A DNA stretch of 64,000 nt from Nitrospirales bacterium (GTDB lineage Bacteria > Nitrospirota > Nitrospiria > Nitrospirales > UBA8639): NCBI GenBank assembly GCA_965203295.1, contig CBDBCZ010000009.1:296201-360200 (forward strand), written 5' to 3'. The notes beneath the pieces are model-generated. The model saw only the letters and a program-made list of their open reading frames with translations. It was not told the origin of the DNA and searched no databases. Positions 1 through 58,100 of the stretch are shown piece after piece. Position 1 is the stretch's first letter. Each line of letters starts with the position of its first letter. The position numbers were made by a program, and so were the translations under genes.

Positions 1-141
1 ATAACCGGGGCTGTGTCCCCATTCTTCCATAGGACAGCGTCCTGACCTATTGCTCTGCCCTCTTTGCCTGTACTTATGGCCATGATGCCCCCCAAGTTTC
101 CCCCAAGATACTAGTTGCATAGGTAACCCACCACTGGGATA

Positions 142-1086
142 TCATCGCCGATGAGACTGTTTCGCCCGGGAAATTGTAGGTGCAACTGCCAGTAGCTTCT
201 TCTTCGGTGTCCGGATGTACAGCTTGTAGGCATCACTTCGCCATCGTCCTGCCGCTTGGATTAGCCATGTTGGCAGGCCGGACCCTGCTGCTGCTGTGGC
301 TGCTCCAATCCTTAGACTGTGGGAACTATACTGGTGGGTATTGGGATACCCCGCGGCCTCCAGCAATGATCGAAGGACTGAAGTGAGCTTCTGACGTGTC
401 AGAAAGTGGCCGGAATGATCTATAAACAATGGCTGAGAACGTCGGTGGTGGTATGTGGCACTAAAGTACTTGCACACGGCTCTCACTGGGCAAGTTGATG
501 TTCCGGTAGCCGCAACTGGAATCGTCGTGGATCGTCTGAAGGGGTCCGTTTTGGCTGCCTTGATTTTAAGTGACATGCGCTTTTTATCCCTCCTGATAGC
601 TACGTCTCTCCGGCAAAGGTGGAAGTACTTGCTAAAGGACTTGGTAGTTGGTGATGTAACCTCGCTACCCCGCAAAAAACCATAAAAGGTAAGCGTGAGA
701 GCTGCCCAGAGCATGGTCTGATCGTGTCTGTTCATCGTAGCGTTCTGCCGTAGGATATGCTTAAACGTCCTCAGCATTGCCAGTGTGACAGGTAGTCTGA
801 CCCTTGATGTATCCCCTTGGTGACGTTGAATACCTCTCTCCAAGTAGTGTAGTAACGGGGTATGGGCAAGGGGATCCCGAAATCCCTTCTCGATGTGGTA
901 GTGGCGTATGGCTGCCAGGTACACTTTGATCGATCGATGTGCAATTGTGCGATAGGCGTGAATGCAGAAATATCGTAGTGTGGTTTCGGATGCCGGCAGT
1001 GGTCGGATGCCATATAGGGAACAGAATTGCTGGTATTTCTTGACTGCAGCTCCATACGTTCTGCGAGTAGAGTCAGCTATGCCCAT
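142..1086 (-). CDS. Tyrosine recombinase of the retrotransposon
   Basis: SAM-like N-terminus (STRRTY) and catalytic motifs FLRGSE, KTD, HSLRIGAA, GRW, YKLY. Confidence 0.92.
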   Translation of the reverse strand: MGIADSTRRTYGAAVKKYQQFCSLYGIRPLPASETTLRYFCIHAYRTIAHRSIKVYLAAIRHYHIEKGFRDPLAHTPLLHYLERGIQRHQGDTSRVRLPVTLAMLRTFKHILRQNATMNRHDQTMLWAALTLTFYGFLRGSEVTSPTTKSFSKYFHLCRRDVAIRRDKKRMSLKIKAAKTDPFRRSTTIPVAATGTSTCPVRAVCKYFSATYHHRRSQPLFIDHSGHFLTRQKLTSVLRSLLEAAGYPNTHQYSSHSLRIGAATAAAGSGLPTWLIQAAGRWRSDAYKLYIRTPKKKLLAVAPTISRAKQSHRR

Positions 1087-1112
1087 GCGCTGGAGTGTTA
1101 GGAGGTCACGGG

Positions 1113-3068
1113 TCAGAGTAATGTCGCTGGTGCAGGGATGGCTGTGGGGGTGGGTGCAGCGAGAGGGGCCAGGCTTCGGAATCGCGTCATCTGCATTCGG
1201 GAGAGTGCATCTGCTATGGCATTATCTGTGCCTGGAATATGCTGTAGAACTATTGTAAAGTTACGGCTTGCTGCTACCAAGAACAACCTCCTCACCAGCT
1301 CCATGAGCTCTGGGCTCCTGGAGGTGCCTGAGGACCAAATATCAACCACCGCGCGATTGTCGCAGTGAACCAACAGCTTTTTCCCTCCCCAGGCGTGTCC
1401 CCATGCCATGGCTGCAACTACTACTGCGAAGAGCTCTTTCCACTCAATCGTTCGACAATCATGATGTTGCTGCCATTTGCCGCATAGCCACTGACCATCC
1501 CAGTAGGCCCCGTAGCCTTGCGTTCCAGACGCATCCGTAAAGAGGTGAAATCGTGGGGATGGAGTCCAGTAGTCTTGTAGGAAGAAGCTTTGGCCATTCC
1601 ATCCGGTGGCAAAATCGAGCCACCACTGAAGGTCTGCCTTAATCTCGTGGTTTAGGTGAATGCGATGGTGGTATCGGGCTACGGTCATGGTTGCATCAAT
1701 GAGCCGGCGGGTGAAGATGCGCCCAGCTGGGACAACTTTTGATGCGAAGACTAGCTTCCCTATCACCGACAGCAGCTCACGCTTGGTGCAGGATTTGCGG
1801 CGACGGAAGTGTCTGAGCTCTGACAGGAGTTTCATGAGTTTGCCTTCTGGGAGTCGGGCAATCTGTGCAACCGTGTCCAGTTCAATACCTAAGAAAGTTA
1901 GAGTGGTGGTTGGCCCCACTGTCTTTTCGTCTTTAACCTCGACTCCTAGTTCTGCACAGAGGGCTAGGGTGGTGCTCTTCAGTTGTGCGCATTCATCGGA
2001 TTGTGGAGAACCAGCTAGTAAGAAGTCATCTAAATAGTGAATGACATGGGGAGTGTGCGATTGATCTTTTATAATCCATGCAAGTGCCTGTGCAACTAAG
2101 TTAAAAAGGTATGGTGATGAACGCAAGCCAAAGGGTAGGCACTTGTCAATGTAGAACTGTTGTTTCCAATAAATACCAAGGCAGTGCCAATCTTCTTTCC
2201 GAACCGGACATTGTCGGAATGCATTACGCAGATCAATCTTGGCTAAGAGGGTGCCACGTCCGAGCTTATGGCATATTGAGATAGCGTCGTCTACTGAGCT
2301 ATACCATAGTGAAAAGTCATTCGGGTCAATGTGATCGTTGATACTATGGCCAAAGGGTGCCGAAAGATGGTAGATTACCCTCCAGTCTCCGCCCTTTTTT
2401 GGAACGACGCCCAACCCAGAACATCTCAAGCCCGCTAGTGGTGGTGCTGCGAAGGGGCCTGCTATCCGTCCTGCCTTGCATTCATTGCGTAAATGCGCGT
2501 CAATGACGTCGGGATGAGCATGAGCAGAAGCTAAGTTGGGGCTGGTATGAGTTGCAATCGGACCTTCATAGCCTATGTCAAAGCCGTATTTGATGCCATG
2601 GAGTAGTCGGTCTACACCGGCCTTGTCGGGGTGGGTGCTCAAATATCGTGCAAACTTCTGCGGTCGTAATGGGGTGCAGATGGGTTCAGATACGAGATTG
2701 TGGACACCCACACTCAGGGTGGGGTCCGCCACAGCGCCTGCAGTGGTGTGAGTAGGGACATTTGTAGCCTCGAAAACAAGTACCCTTGTCATTGTACATG
2801 CCGCAAACATCCGGCTTGGCCCCAAGACGTGCCTGGATCCCTTGCCGAGCAGGGTCATCCTGATGGGGTCGAGGCTCAGACCGTCCGCTGGTCCCTTGCT
2901 TGTCGTATGCGCCTTGAAACTGACCAGACAGGCTGCTGATGGGTTTCCTCCGCGAGGGGCATGCTGCGGCAAAATGCGATAGGCTGCCACACGTAAAGCA
3001 GGACTGGCGTTGGAGTAGCGCGTCGGCAGTGAAACATGTTGCCCACAGCTCAGAATCGACAGCCTCAA
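1113..3068 (-). CDS. Reverse transcriptase / RNase H (DIRS/Ngaro type; true start probably near 2690)
   Basis: RT motifs KIDLRNAF, LPFGLRSSP, HYLDDFL; RNase H motifs FTDASG, WKELFAV, HCDN, NAIADALSR. Confidence 0.93.
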   Translation of the reverse strand: MRLSILSCGQHVSLPTRYSNASPALRVAAYRILPQHAPRGGNPSAACLVSFKAHTTSKGPADGLSLDPIRMTLLGKGSRHVLGPSRMFAACTMTRVLVFEATNVPTHTTAGAVADPTLSVGVHNLVSEPICTPLRPQKFARYLSTHPDKAGVDRLLHGIKYGFDIGYEGPIATHTSPNLASAHAHPDVIDAHLRNECKAGRIAGPFAAPPLAGLRCSGLGVVPKKGGDWRVIYHLSAPFGHSINDHIDPNDFSLWYSSVDDAISICHKLGRGTLLAKIDLRNAFRQCPVRKEDWHCLGIYWKQQFYIDKCLPFGLRSSPYLFNLVAQALAWIIKDQSHTPHVIHYLDDFLLAGSPQSDECAQLKSTTLALCAELGVEVKDEKTVGPTTTLTFLGIELDTVAQIARLPEGKLMKLLSELRHFRRRKSCTKRELLSVIGKLVFASKVVPAGRIFTRRLIDATMTVARYHHRIHLNHEIKADLQWWLDFATGWNGQSFFLQDYWTPSPRFHLFTDASGTQGYGAYWDGQWLCGKWQQHHDCRTIEWKELFAVVVAAMAWGHAWGGKKLLVHCDNRAVVDIWSSGTSRSPELMELVRRLFLVAASRNFTIVLQHIPGTDNAIADALSRMQMTRFRSLAPLAAPTPTAIPAPATLL

Positions 3069-4134
3069 AGTGTAAGCTCTTGCTGAGGGAGAGCCTCAGA
3101 CGGAATTCGGTATCGTACTGGAGCCAAGCATTTGGCTTGAAGGTGCGGCTTTTGCCTGCCAAAAACTGTTGGTATTGGAACATCCGAGGTGCCGCTGTGG
3201 GAAAGTACGATGCTACCACAGTGGCGTAGCTCGACCGAGCCTCCAGCCATGCCGTAAATTCAGATATTTCGACGACGCGTTTGTACGACCGTGAGCCACG
3301 GTCATGGTCGTAGGGTACACGCCTCCGATCACGAGTAGCAGCATGCAGTAGATTGGCAGGTAGCAGAGTAGACAAGTCGATGAACTCACCACGGACAATC
3401 TTGGCTCGAATCTTGTCTGGGATGGGAGGGAGGGCGTGGGTGGGGCTTCTATGTCTCTGCCTCCGCCTCCGCTTCCGCTTCGGGCGCCTGACTCTCTCCA
3501 GTGACGAGTCCGAGTCTGAACTGTAGTACGTACTGCTGCTCGTGGGTTCCGGCGAAGACGGGAGGCGGCCACGGCGACTTCGGCTACGGCGTCTTTGGCC
3601 GCCGTCCTCGAGGGCTCGTTTGAGGAGCGATTCCATCTGGCGGAGCCGCTCACGACGCTTCCTTGGTCGGGCTTTGTACTTCGGTCTAGCTCGACGGTAG
3701 TATGTATCCGACTCGCTCAACGAGGGGGTGTCAGTGTCGCTGTCAGTTCTGCTATTGCTGTGAGACCCGGCTTCCCGACCGCCTTCTTCGCTGCTTGAGG
3801 TCGTGTCGGAGTTATCAATGGTTCGGCGCTGAAGGGCGTCGAATAGGCGTCCTGCTGCCTCCCTTTTGTTGCCGGTCACCAACAAGTGTCGTTGCTGGAG
3901 GTGGAGGCGAATGACTTCGGCTGGCAGCGCCATTATCTGGCCAAGACGAGTCGTCTCGGTTAGTTCCGCGGGCATTTTAGCTGCAGCGCGGCCTGTGCCC
4001 TTGCTAATTTGCGAGGCCACAGCGCGGCCTTTGCCTTTGTCAGTTTGCGAGGCCGCAACGCGGCCCGTGCCCTTGCTAGATCTCGAGGCCGCAGCGCGGC
4101 CTGAAATACGTGTAGGGCGCTTCGTTTTCCCCAT
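2686..4134 (-). CDS. Gag-like protein with CCHC knuckle and Cys/His-rich C-terminus
   Basis: CFTCGSLSHFAAAC knuckle; CGMYN...CPYSHHCRRCGGPH tail; three 12-aa N-terminal repeats (KGTGRVAASQ-like); overlaps the RT ORF. Confidence 0.85.
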   Translation of the reverse strand: MGKTKRPTRISGRAAASRSSKGTGRVAASQTDKGKGRAVASQISKGTGRAAAKMPAELTETTRLGQIMALPAEVIRLHLQQRHLLVTGNKREAAGRLFDALQRRTIDNSDTTSSSEEGGREAGSHSNSRTDSDTDTPSLSESDTYYRRARPKYKARPRKRRERLRQMESLLKRALEDGGQRRRSRSRRGRLPSSPEPTSSSTYYSSDSDSSLERVRRPKRKRRRRQRHRSPTHALPPIPDKIRAKIVRGEFIDLSTLLPANLLHAATRDRRRVPYDHDRGSRSYKRVVEISEFTAWLEARSSYATVVASYFPTAAPRMFQYQQFLAGKSRTFKPNAWLQYDTEFRLRLSLSKSLHFEAVDSELWATCFTADALLQRQSCFTCGSLSHFAAACPSRRKPISSLSGQFQGAYDKQGTSGRSEPRPHQDDPARQGIQARLGAKPDVCGMYNDKGTCFRGYKCPYSHHCRRCGGPHPECGCPQSRI

Positions 4135-4302
4135 CGAAGACAGTGAAGACGAGCAACTTCTGTCGCTCTTGCTAGTAACGAATTGCCACGAGTTGCATCA
4201 CGTGTTCGCCTGCGCATGCGCAATTCAATCTTCCCCATCTCTGTAGGATGTGTTAACTATATTTATTATAACCAACAATAAATACCATTAATTCTCTCAT
4301 AA

Positions 4303-4780
4303 TTTTTATCAGCCGGAGCGCGCGCAGCACGCGAATGGCTGGTCCTAAGATTGCTTTACGTTTTCCGCGTTTGTCTGTCTGTTTGTCTGTGCGTCCACAC
4401 TTATCACGTGCGCAATATGTTACATCTTACGTTACTATGCAGCTGCAGTATATAGCAGCTTTTGGAGGTTTGCAGGCCAAGCTACAGCAAGCAAAGGTAG
4501 TTGTGAGTTGCCTAGATGGCGAAAACTTGGTAGGCAACCGTAAAGATCCTGTTTTGGTGGCGTATAGCTGCTAACTAGAAGTGCACGACGAAACTGCTGA
4601 GTCAGCTCTTTCGCTGTACTGCGTTGTCTCTACAGGACGCTTATGATTTGTAGGTCTGGGAACGTGACTATACTGTAGTATAGTCGTAGTTCTACAGCTG
4701 CAGTTAGCTTGGCCTAAGCTGAGTTGTGTGTAACTTATTGTAATGTACAGGAAAGGTGCCCGGCTGGTTTCAGACTTGTT
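4303..4780 (+). repeat. Helentron-associated (HINE/DINE-like) non-autonomous element, copy 1
   Basis: Subterminal inverted repeat AGCCGG...CCGGCT, 5' hairpin, GTCT/GTTT microsatellite and T-rich flanks; close inverted copy at 20343-20850. Confidence 0.7.
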
Positions 4781-4799
4781 CCACACCTTATCTCTGCAG

Positions 4800-50796
<45,997 letters not shown>

Positions 50797-51559
50797 TACT
50801 GTCATTTTGTGCATTTGTTTATAGCATCTCAGAAGTGATATATGGTATATGTCCCAAAAATTTGTTACAGAAATGTACTACTGCTGATGTGCTGTTCAGT
50901 CTGCAACAGTTTCTTCGGTATCAGTCTTCGTTGTTGCCTCCTGTAGTTTGAGTGTCTGTTGGGCCTGAGTGATAATTATGCAAAAGATGTACATGTATGC
51001 ATATGGCGCTTCTGAGCTAAAACTGTCACATGTACGTACATGTACATAGCCAGCATAATTATAATTATGAAGTCCTGGTTAAGCTACGTTGGGTCCTATA
51101 CATTCCCATGCGCGTCAAGGCGCATTGATACAGCCTCTCTGTGTAGATATGCACAATGTAATTATCAAGATCTATGCATGCTGTGCTCACATGCACTTAG
51201 ACAAATGTGCACGCCATGGTAATGAAACAACAGTTAAGTAACGTGCCCATGTATGCACACTCCTCTGGTACCTCTTTCTGCATGGTTTCCAATTTCTCCA
51301 ATGTTACGGACTTCAGTGGAAGAATTTTCGGTTTGCATAGTACCTGTATGGGTGTATATGGGAGGGTATGTAGCACAGTCTATCTATCAGTTTTGTTTCA
51401 CTCACCATCTGGGAAGATTCTTCAGTGTATAGCATTCCTGCTTTGGGAAGAACCTCTTGAAATATCTCTGCATTCTTGTGCTTTCGCTAGAAAATGCAGA
51501 AGTCTTTAAAACTACATGGACGGCACCATCCATCCCCCCACACAAGTCCTGCACTCCCC

Positions 51560-51617
51560 TAGCCTTGGTCCCAGGCTCAACTTTCCTCTAAGAAAGTTGA
51601 GCCTGGGATCGAGGCTA
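51560..51617. mobile_element. Minimal hairpin MITE, AcademH-type ends
   Basis: tagccttggtcccaggctcaacttt / aaagttgagcctgggatcgaggcta; GCACTC on both flanks. Confidence 0.6.
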
Positions 51618-52113
51618 GCACTCGATCCCCAGCGTTCATTGCACTATGTATAAAAGCAGTGTGATTATAAAGCTGGAAGGTGGAGTCAAGGAACAAGGCT
51701 ATACTTGGCTGGAATGTAGAACTACAACACAAACCAGCGTACACCACGCATCTATGCACAAAGTTAACTGAATAGATCTGAGCACTGAAACAGAACAAAT
51801 CACTGTCAGTTTCTTGGTAGGCCTACAGTGATAAATGCATAGTGTGTACATAAGGAGTACAAATTTCTAAAATGAAGTAGGCACACCTGCATGCAGTTGC
51901 AGTGTTGGAGGAACCAAAGAGTATCGCCCTCCCCCCTCCACCCCCGGTATAAACGTCCCGAAAACTAACGCTCTACTGACATGCTCAGTGGCGTACTTTA
52001 AATAGCAAAAAGTATCATAGTCCTTCTACTACCACATAATTAGATGGTCCTCACCGTAACAGGCATCTTTTCGCGATTAAGGTGCGTATCATTTAGAAGC
52101 ATCCGCGATAAAA

Positions 52114-52132
52114 TTGGCGCGAAACATTCAAA
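52114..52132 (+). promoter_or_regulatory. Candidate E2F site plus CHR-like element
   Basis: TTGGCGCGAAA followed by TTCAAA, 35-50 bp upstream of the predicted ATG at 52166. Confidence 0.4.
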
Positions 52133-52165
52133 TTTGTCGGGCAGCTGGTCGCTGATCGGGAAGAG

Positions 52166-55100
52166 ATGCTCAGGAGAAGGAGATCGTCCCTGGTACCTGA
52201 TAATGAGCGGGTGCAGAGTCGCAGGGCGAAGGGGGAATACACAAGAATCAAATTCAAAGAGGTTAGATAGTGTCAAGTGCCTGAAAAGGCAGTGATCCAT
52301 GTGATGTTACTTGGGTGTGTATCCAAGAATGATACAGTTAGATCGCCTAAAGTTTGCATACCTATTGACACGGTACTGGTAGCCAAGAGCTTAGGACACA
52401 TCACAAGTCTCGATTTTCCTTAAATCCCCCCCCCCCCCCCCCCCCCAGTTTGACAAGCCATTAAAGACACTACGTTAGCATGTAGTCTCGCGTAGCCAGA
52501 CTCTCGACAAGAAAGTTAGAGTCTGGTACAGACGCCGTAGTGGACCTGTCAATCTGGAATGCGGACTGTGTGATATGACGACATACGCAGACAATCAACA
52601 AAAGAGATCCTGCAGTGAACCTGCTATCTGATTGGTCAGGCCATACTAATGACGTAATCTTTTCATGACGTTTTACAAAGCTTAAATCTGATTGGCTCGC
52701 AATGTGCATTGCGAGACGGACAAAACTACTAACGGTATCTGTACCAGACCCTCCGTTTAACGCGAGGGGCGGGGTCCCCCAGACTAGTTAGCATGTACAT
52801 TTGTATAGGAAATGCTCGCGCATGCGCACTCATGAAATAGTAAATAGCTTGAAAATAAAGCACAGTAGCCAGCTCTTGGAGAGTGCGGCCCAATGACAGT
52901 ATGCAGTATTCAGTCACGTGATGAATGAAGTATCCAATTATGAGCGAAAAGCGATTTATGTATTCTGAGAAACATCACTGCACAGCACTTTCTGTCTCTC
53001 TTCGAGATCTTGCTGTCACAGCCTAGACAGAAGCATCTGACTCCATCCTGCTATTGCACCGTTTGCGCTTGGACGAGAAAATGTAATTTGGTAATTATCC
53101 CATGCTGGTGCTAACATCATGTGACTGTTGCATAACTAATTAAATTCCTGGGCAAGGAATGGCAGTATGGCAAGTCCCCAGATCACTTTGTGGAACTTGG
53201 TCTGGCAAGACTAATAAACTATACACAAGCAGGCTTCATAGGTGGGGACTGACTATTTCATGAAACAGAAATTGCGAGCTGCATGTAAAGTGTGGGGAAC
53301 CTTGGGATTGCTATTAGCTAGCTGCTTATCAGCCTAACCTATGGTAACCCTAACAGTGAGCGGTTTAGTCTGTAATTTCAGTCCATTCGGTTCTGTTTTG
53401 TGGAATAGTTCTCGTACAGGATTTTTTTACTGCAGTTGGAAAGATGCGCGAGACAAATTTCAGAGCCATGCCCCCTAGGGGGGTTCACGTACACAAATGT
53501 TTAGGTGCTCTAAGGTTACAATACTGCTGATACGTGGCTTCTTGGGTTCCAAGCAGCTGAGGTAGTTATTAAATTTCATGCCCCCCCATACACACACACT
53601 TTATAAATTGGAAATGCAATACCAGAGAGCAAAGTAGCATAATTAAGTTTGTACTTCTGTATAGGCATTGTGTAGTTCAGAGATAGACTACATTGATACT
53701 GAGATCACAGGACAATCCTTGGCCGTGCCTAAAGTATTTCATGTCATACTCATGTAATATTGGAATTTCACTTTATACAGAAGGGGGTGGCCTACAAGAG
53801 TACGAGTATGCAATGCATATGCATATGTAGTAATGTAGTAGCCTCGTTGCCAGGCCTCCACTCAGCTTGTGTAACTTGCTGTACGAAAGACCTTCTTTTG
53901 GGGAGAGTCTGGGAACGATGCTACGTATGTACATGCATGGGCATGTGTACTGATTGAACCATTACATCATCATAAGGAGCCTTGCATGTGTATGTTGAGC
54001 TCATTTTGACAAGTACATGTTATTGGTAAACTGCAAAGTGAAGTTTGGCTGTACCAGAATAGTGTTACATCCCTGCTTCCTTCCACTCCTGCACCTGCAG
54101 AGTCCTTGTCCAGAACCTGAGGCACCACGTAGAAAGAAACTAGATCTCACTGACATCAAAGTGAACCTGCTGTACGAAGAAGCATCAACAGCTACAGAGT
54201 CTCCAAAAAGGCTACGCGAAGGTAGCATTAGTCCTCAGCCTATCAATCTCCGACCTAGCAGTATACTGGAAATTCAGAGGCACCTAACACCTCAAATAGC
54301 AAAGCGGCAACCCAGGATTGAAGAGCCTCCTAACTCAGCAGCTGCAGAAATTGGTAATTGGTGGGCCATACATAAATACATGTATGTACATGTATGTGTG
54401 TAGTTAATATTTTGCATACCAAAGAGTTTGATTACAGCTAATTTCATACGCAGTTGTGATGTAATATACATGTATACCTTAATTTGTGACTATTTGAAGT
54501 GACAAAATTTCGTGAATTCAATTGGGCATAGAGCAGAGATAAATTATAAGGCCCTTATAATGCACTATGTCGCAAAATTACGTGTAAATGTGCTTCGTAT
54601 AGGTATGTGTCCTGTTGTGCGTATGCATGTACACGTAAATGCATAGCGGGACTGCAGGAGGCACACGGTGTGTATGACTGTGAATACATACATGTAAACC
54701 TAGCTAGCTTGAATATACAAGTAATAATGCTTGCGGTACAACATTTAGTGTACAATCACCACTAAATTAATACCTGCAAATAGCAGTCACCATAATCTAT
54801 GTACATGTATATGTACACATAATATAGAGATACGTTCATGCACCTTGCAGCTCTTGAAGACCCTGATGAGAAACGACCACCGTCTGTTGTGATCAGGTCC
54901 ATGTGGGACAATGTTGTATCATGGATGAAGATGGCAGTTGATTTCATTGCTTCTGACAATCCTGCTGAGGCAGATCCAACAAACACCACCCTATCTCCAT
55001 GCCAGGTGAGTCTAGAATAAATGTTTTGATACATGTACGTATTTCATAGCCTCATTTTCTGGTTCCTCTATACAAGTAGCGCATCGAGACAAATTTATTA

Positions 55101-58100
55101 CTGACTAATAACGTTGCTTTATGTGTTTTGTATAGAAGAGCTCGCTAAAGAGGCCACTTAGTGAAGAGTACAGTGAGGGGCCCTCTCACAAGATTGCCAA
55201 ACTGTCATTTGGCGAAAAGACCACTGAGGCTCAGCCTAAAAGAAGATGTGGAAAAAAGAGTAAAATCTCTTTTAGGCCACCTCGAAGGTCTACTTTCAGG
55301 TACAGTACATATGTAAAAAATACATAGCTCCTGATGTGTAATCATACATTTTTACGTATGTAATATTATGTAGGTCCTCTGATGCTGCTGGTCTTGGTCA
55401 AATTCTTGCTCTTGAGCAACATCTGTCTACAAAACAGGGAAGTATGTTGTTCAATTCTCCAACGGCCATCCTAGCTCAGAATCTATCTGGCCGTCTGGCT
55501 ATTCAGTCTCCTCAAGGCACTCGAACCTCCAGTGGCACATCGCTCTTTAGCTCGACTAAGAAGTTTCATTCAACCGATGATGGTCTCAATTCTATTCTTG
55601 ATGAAACTCCCAATTCCACTCCAAGGATGATGGCTGGAACAAAGAGAATTAGGCGCCCAGTTTTGAGGGAGTTCTATGGGAGCAGTGTTAACAGTCCCAA
55701 TCTTGACAAAGGGTTGAGGAGGAGTCCACGGTTGGCAAGTCAGTGTATAACAGTCTTGTTGTTTTTCAAATTTATACAGTGCTGGATACTATCATGGAAT
55801 ACAGCAGTACTTCATGTATAGAGTATTCTACAATCTGCATGACTAAACAAAAGTACAATGTTTATTACTATCCTTTGTAGAAAGAAGTACTGTACCAATG
55901 AGAAAGGAGAATGAGGTGACAGAGGAAAGCGTTGGTACAATCCCACTCCCTCCTCCTCCGCCTCCAATTCCAACTGCTCCACCCACTCCCCACATCCCAC
56001 CTCCTCCTCCGACCCCAAGACTTCCAGATTTGCCAGCAGTGGATGGTGGTGAGAGCGTAGGATCAGAACGCAACGAACAAAGAGATCTGCTTCAGAAGAT
56101 GCAGCACAGACTGAGGACCAGGATGAAGAAGGGAGGTGTGCCGATGGTACACGCAAAGGCAAACTTGACAGTGAAACTTGATGTAAAGGTACATGCATGT
56201 ACTTAATCCATGTAGTTAGTTGTTAAGGTTACGGGATACTGGCCCGCTTTGATTTAATAAGTAGTGAGTGAACAATGAATATCTTTGCAACTATAGGCCC
56301 TATGGCCACGATCTTTTCAGCATTTATTCATGGCTACTAGTTGTGTACTCAGTACAGAAAGCTTGTCTGTGAGCCCCTCCCTTGTTTAGAAAGCGGTAAT
56401 GGAAGTTCCAGCTGTTCGCAATAATTTTTCTCGCCAAAAATCGCTGAAGCCACTGCTGTTACAAGGCCATTACAGCTCTCTAAGGATTCCTTACTATATT
56501 TATGAGGGACTGACGAAGGCTTTTTGAAGCAATTATCTATATCAACAGAATGGCAAGTCAATAGGTATGGCTCTGAGCACTCTGGACCCCACTTTCTAAG
56601 GTTTAAGAGGCTGTATCTCCTGTATCAGAGAGAAACTACAAAAAAAGCCTCCGTCAGTCCCTCGTGAATATAGTGAGGAATCCTTAGAGAGCTGTAGTGG
56701 CCTAGTAACAGCAGTGGCTTCAGCGATTTTTGGCGAGAAAAATTATTGTGAGCAGCTGAAACTTCCATTAGCGCTATCTAAACAAGGGAGGGGCTCACAG
56801 ACAAAGTTTTCTGTACTGAGTACACTACTAGTAGCCATGAATAAATACTGAAAAGATCGTGGCCATAGGGCCTATAGTTGCAAAGATATTCATTGTTCAC
56901 TCACTACTTATTAAATCAAAGCGGGCCAGTATCCCGTAACCTTAAGTATATTTCATTTAAAGACAATGTGCACAGTTGTAGCTTTGATCCAGATCTTTAC
57001 TATGAATGTCTGTGGAGTGAAGGTTGAGAAGCAATCCATTACTAGTGTAATGGACCATTCTGCAACACTTTGGCCATATTAATATCAAATAGAAGTAACA
57101 ATAAGGGGATCCCAGGAACCAAAGAACCATTCATCTCAGAGCTGCCCCAAAATGAATTTTTTTTTTGAATTAGATAAAACCAAGGAGATACGTAAGCTTC
57201 CCCCGAGCATGAGTATAACCTAGGCTATATGTACTTATACCACATTACATCATCAACAATAAAAATGATTGGCTAAAAAGTATGGGTTACATAGGTTCAT
57301 AACCCACACTTTTATGCCGTTGCTACGCAGCGAAGATTGTACGCATGCGCAACGTGGTATAAGTTAGATAGACCACACCCACTCGTGTGTTATGCGCTAT
57401 AACCCACTTGTTTGCATTTATCCCTCGGCTTCGCCTCGGGATAACCGCAAACTCGTGGGTTATATAGGCGCATAACCCACTCTTTGGCGTGGTCTATCCT
57501 ATACATGTACATGTATGTATATGCATGTAGGGTTTCATACAGTGCCACTATAGATATGTACATGTATCAGACCTGATTAGAATTATTTAAACGGTGAATA
57601 CTCCAAAGTGGCTTCAGAAATAATGCCAGATGATTGAAAAAATGCACTGGGGGATACTCCAAACCCCCTCTAGTGTACATGTAGCTCAGGTCACTGTAGC
57701 CCCCTTTCAAAATCCTGGGCATGTAAGTATTTATAATTATTTATGTATTTATGTACGTACATGTATTGCCTATACAGCTGAAACAGTGGGCTGAAATTCA
57801 AGCCCATAGTCGAAAGATAACACTGGAAGAGTTTCTCTCATTGGCAGAGCGAAAGAAGATGGAAATACAAACCACATTAGAGGTACTATATGGAATATAT
57901 ATTCAATCTTGGACCCATTTACGCATATTATGTATACTTAACCAACTCTCTCTGTAGAGTCTGCAAAGTGAAACTCCAAATAGCATGGAAGCTGTTGTTC
58001 ATGTGGTGGAAATACTGCAGGAGGCCTCCCAGTGGTTTCCAGGAGGAAGCAGGGAAATGAAGGTGCTCGAAATAGATAGCTTTTCCTAAAGTTCTGTGCT

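Larger units (their letters stand above)
1..4290 (-). mobile_element. Ngaro/DIRS-group tyrosine-recombinase retrotransposon (3' end outside window)
   Basis: Gag, RT/RNaseH and tyrosine recombinase ORFs in order on -. No methyltransferase domain after RNase H, which favours Ngaro over DIRS1. Termini approximate. Confidence 0.88.

Noticed and set aside
142..1086. Prophage integrase
   Set aside because: It follows gag and RT/RNase H ORFs in a spliceosomal-intron context, and there are no phage genes.
4335..4574. Duplicated small protein gene (similar ORF at 20575-20835)
   Set aside because: The similarity comes from two copies of a non-coding repeat.
52044..52295. 83-aa ORF as first exon of the downstream gene
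   Set aside because: The alternative frame from ATG 52166 splices in phase to the exon at 54101; this frame does not.
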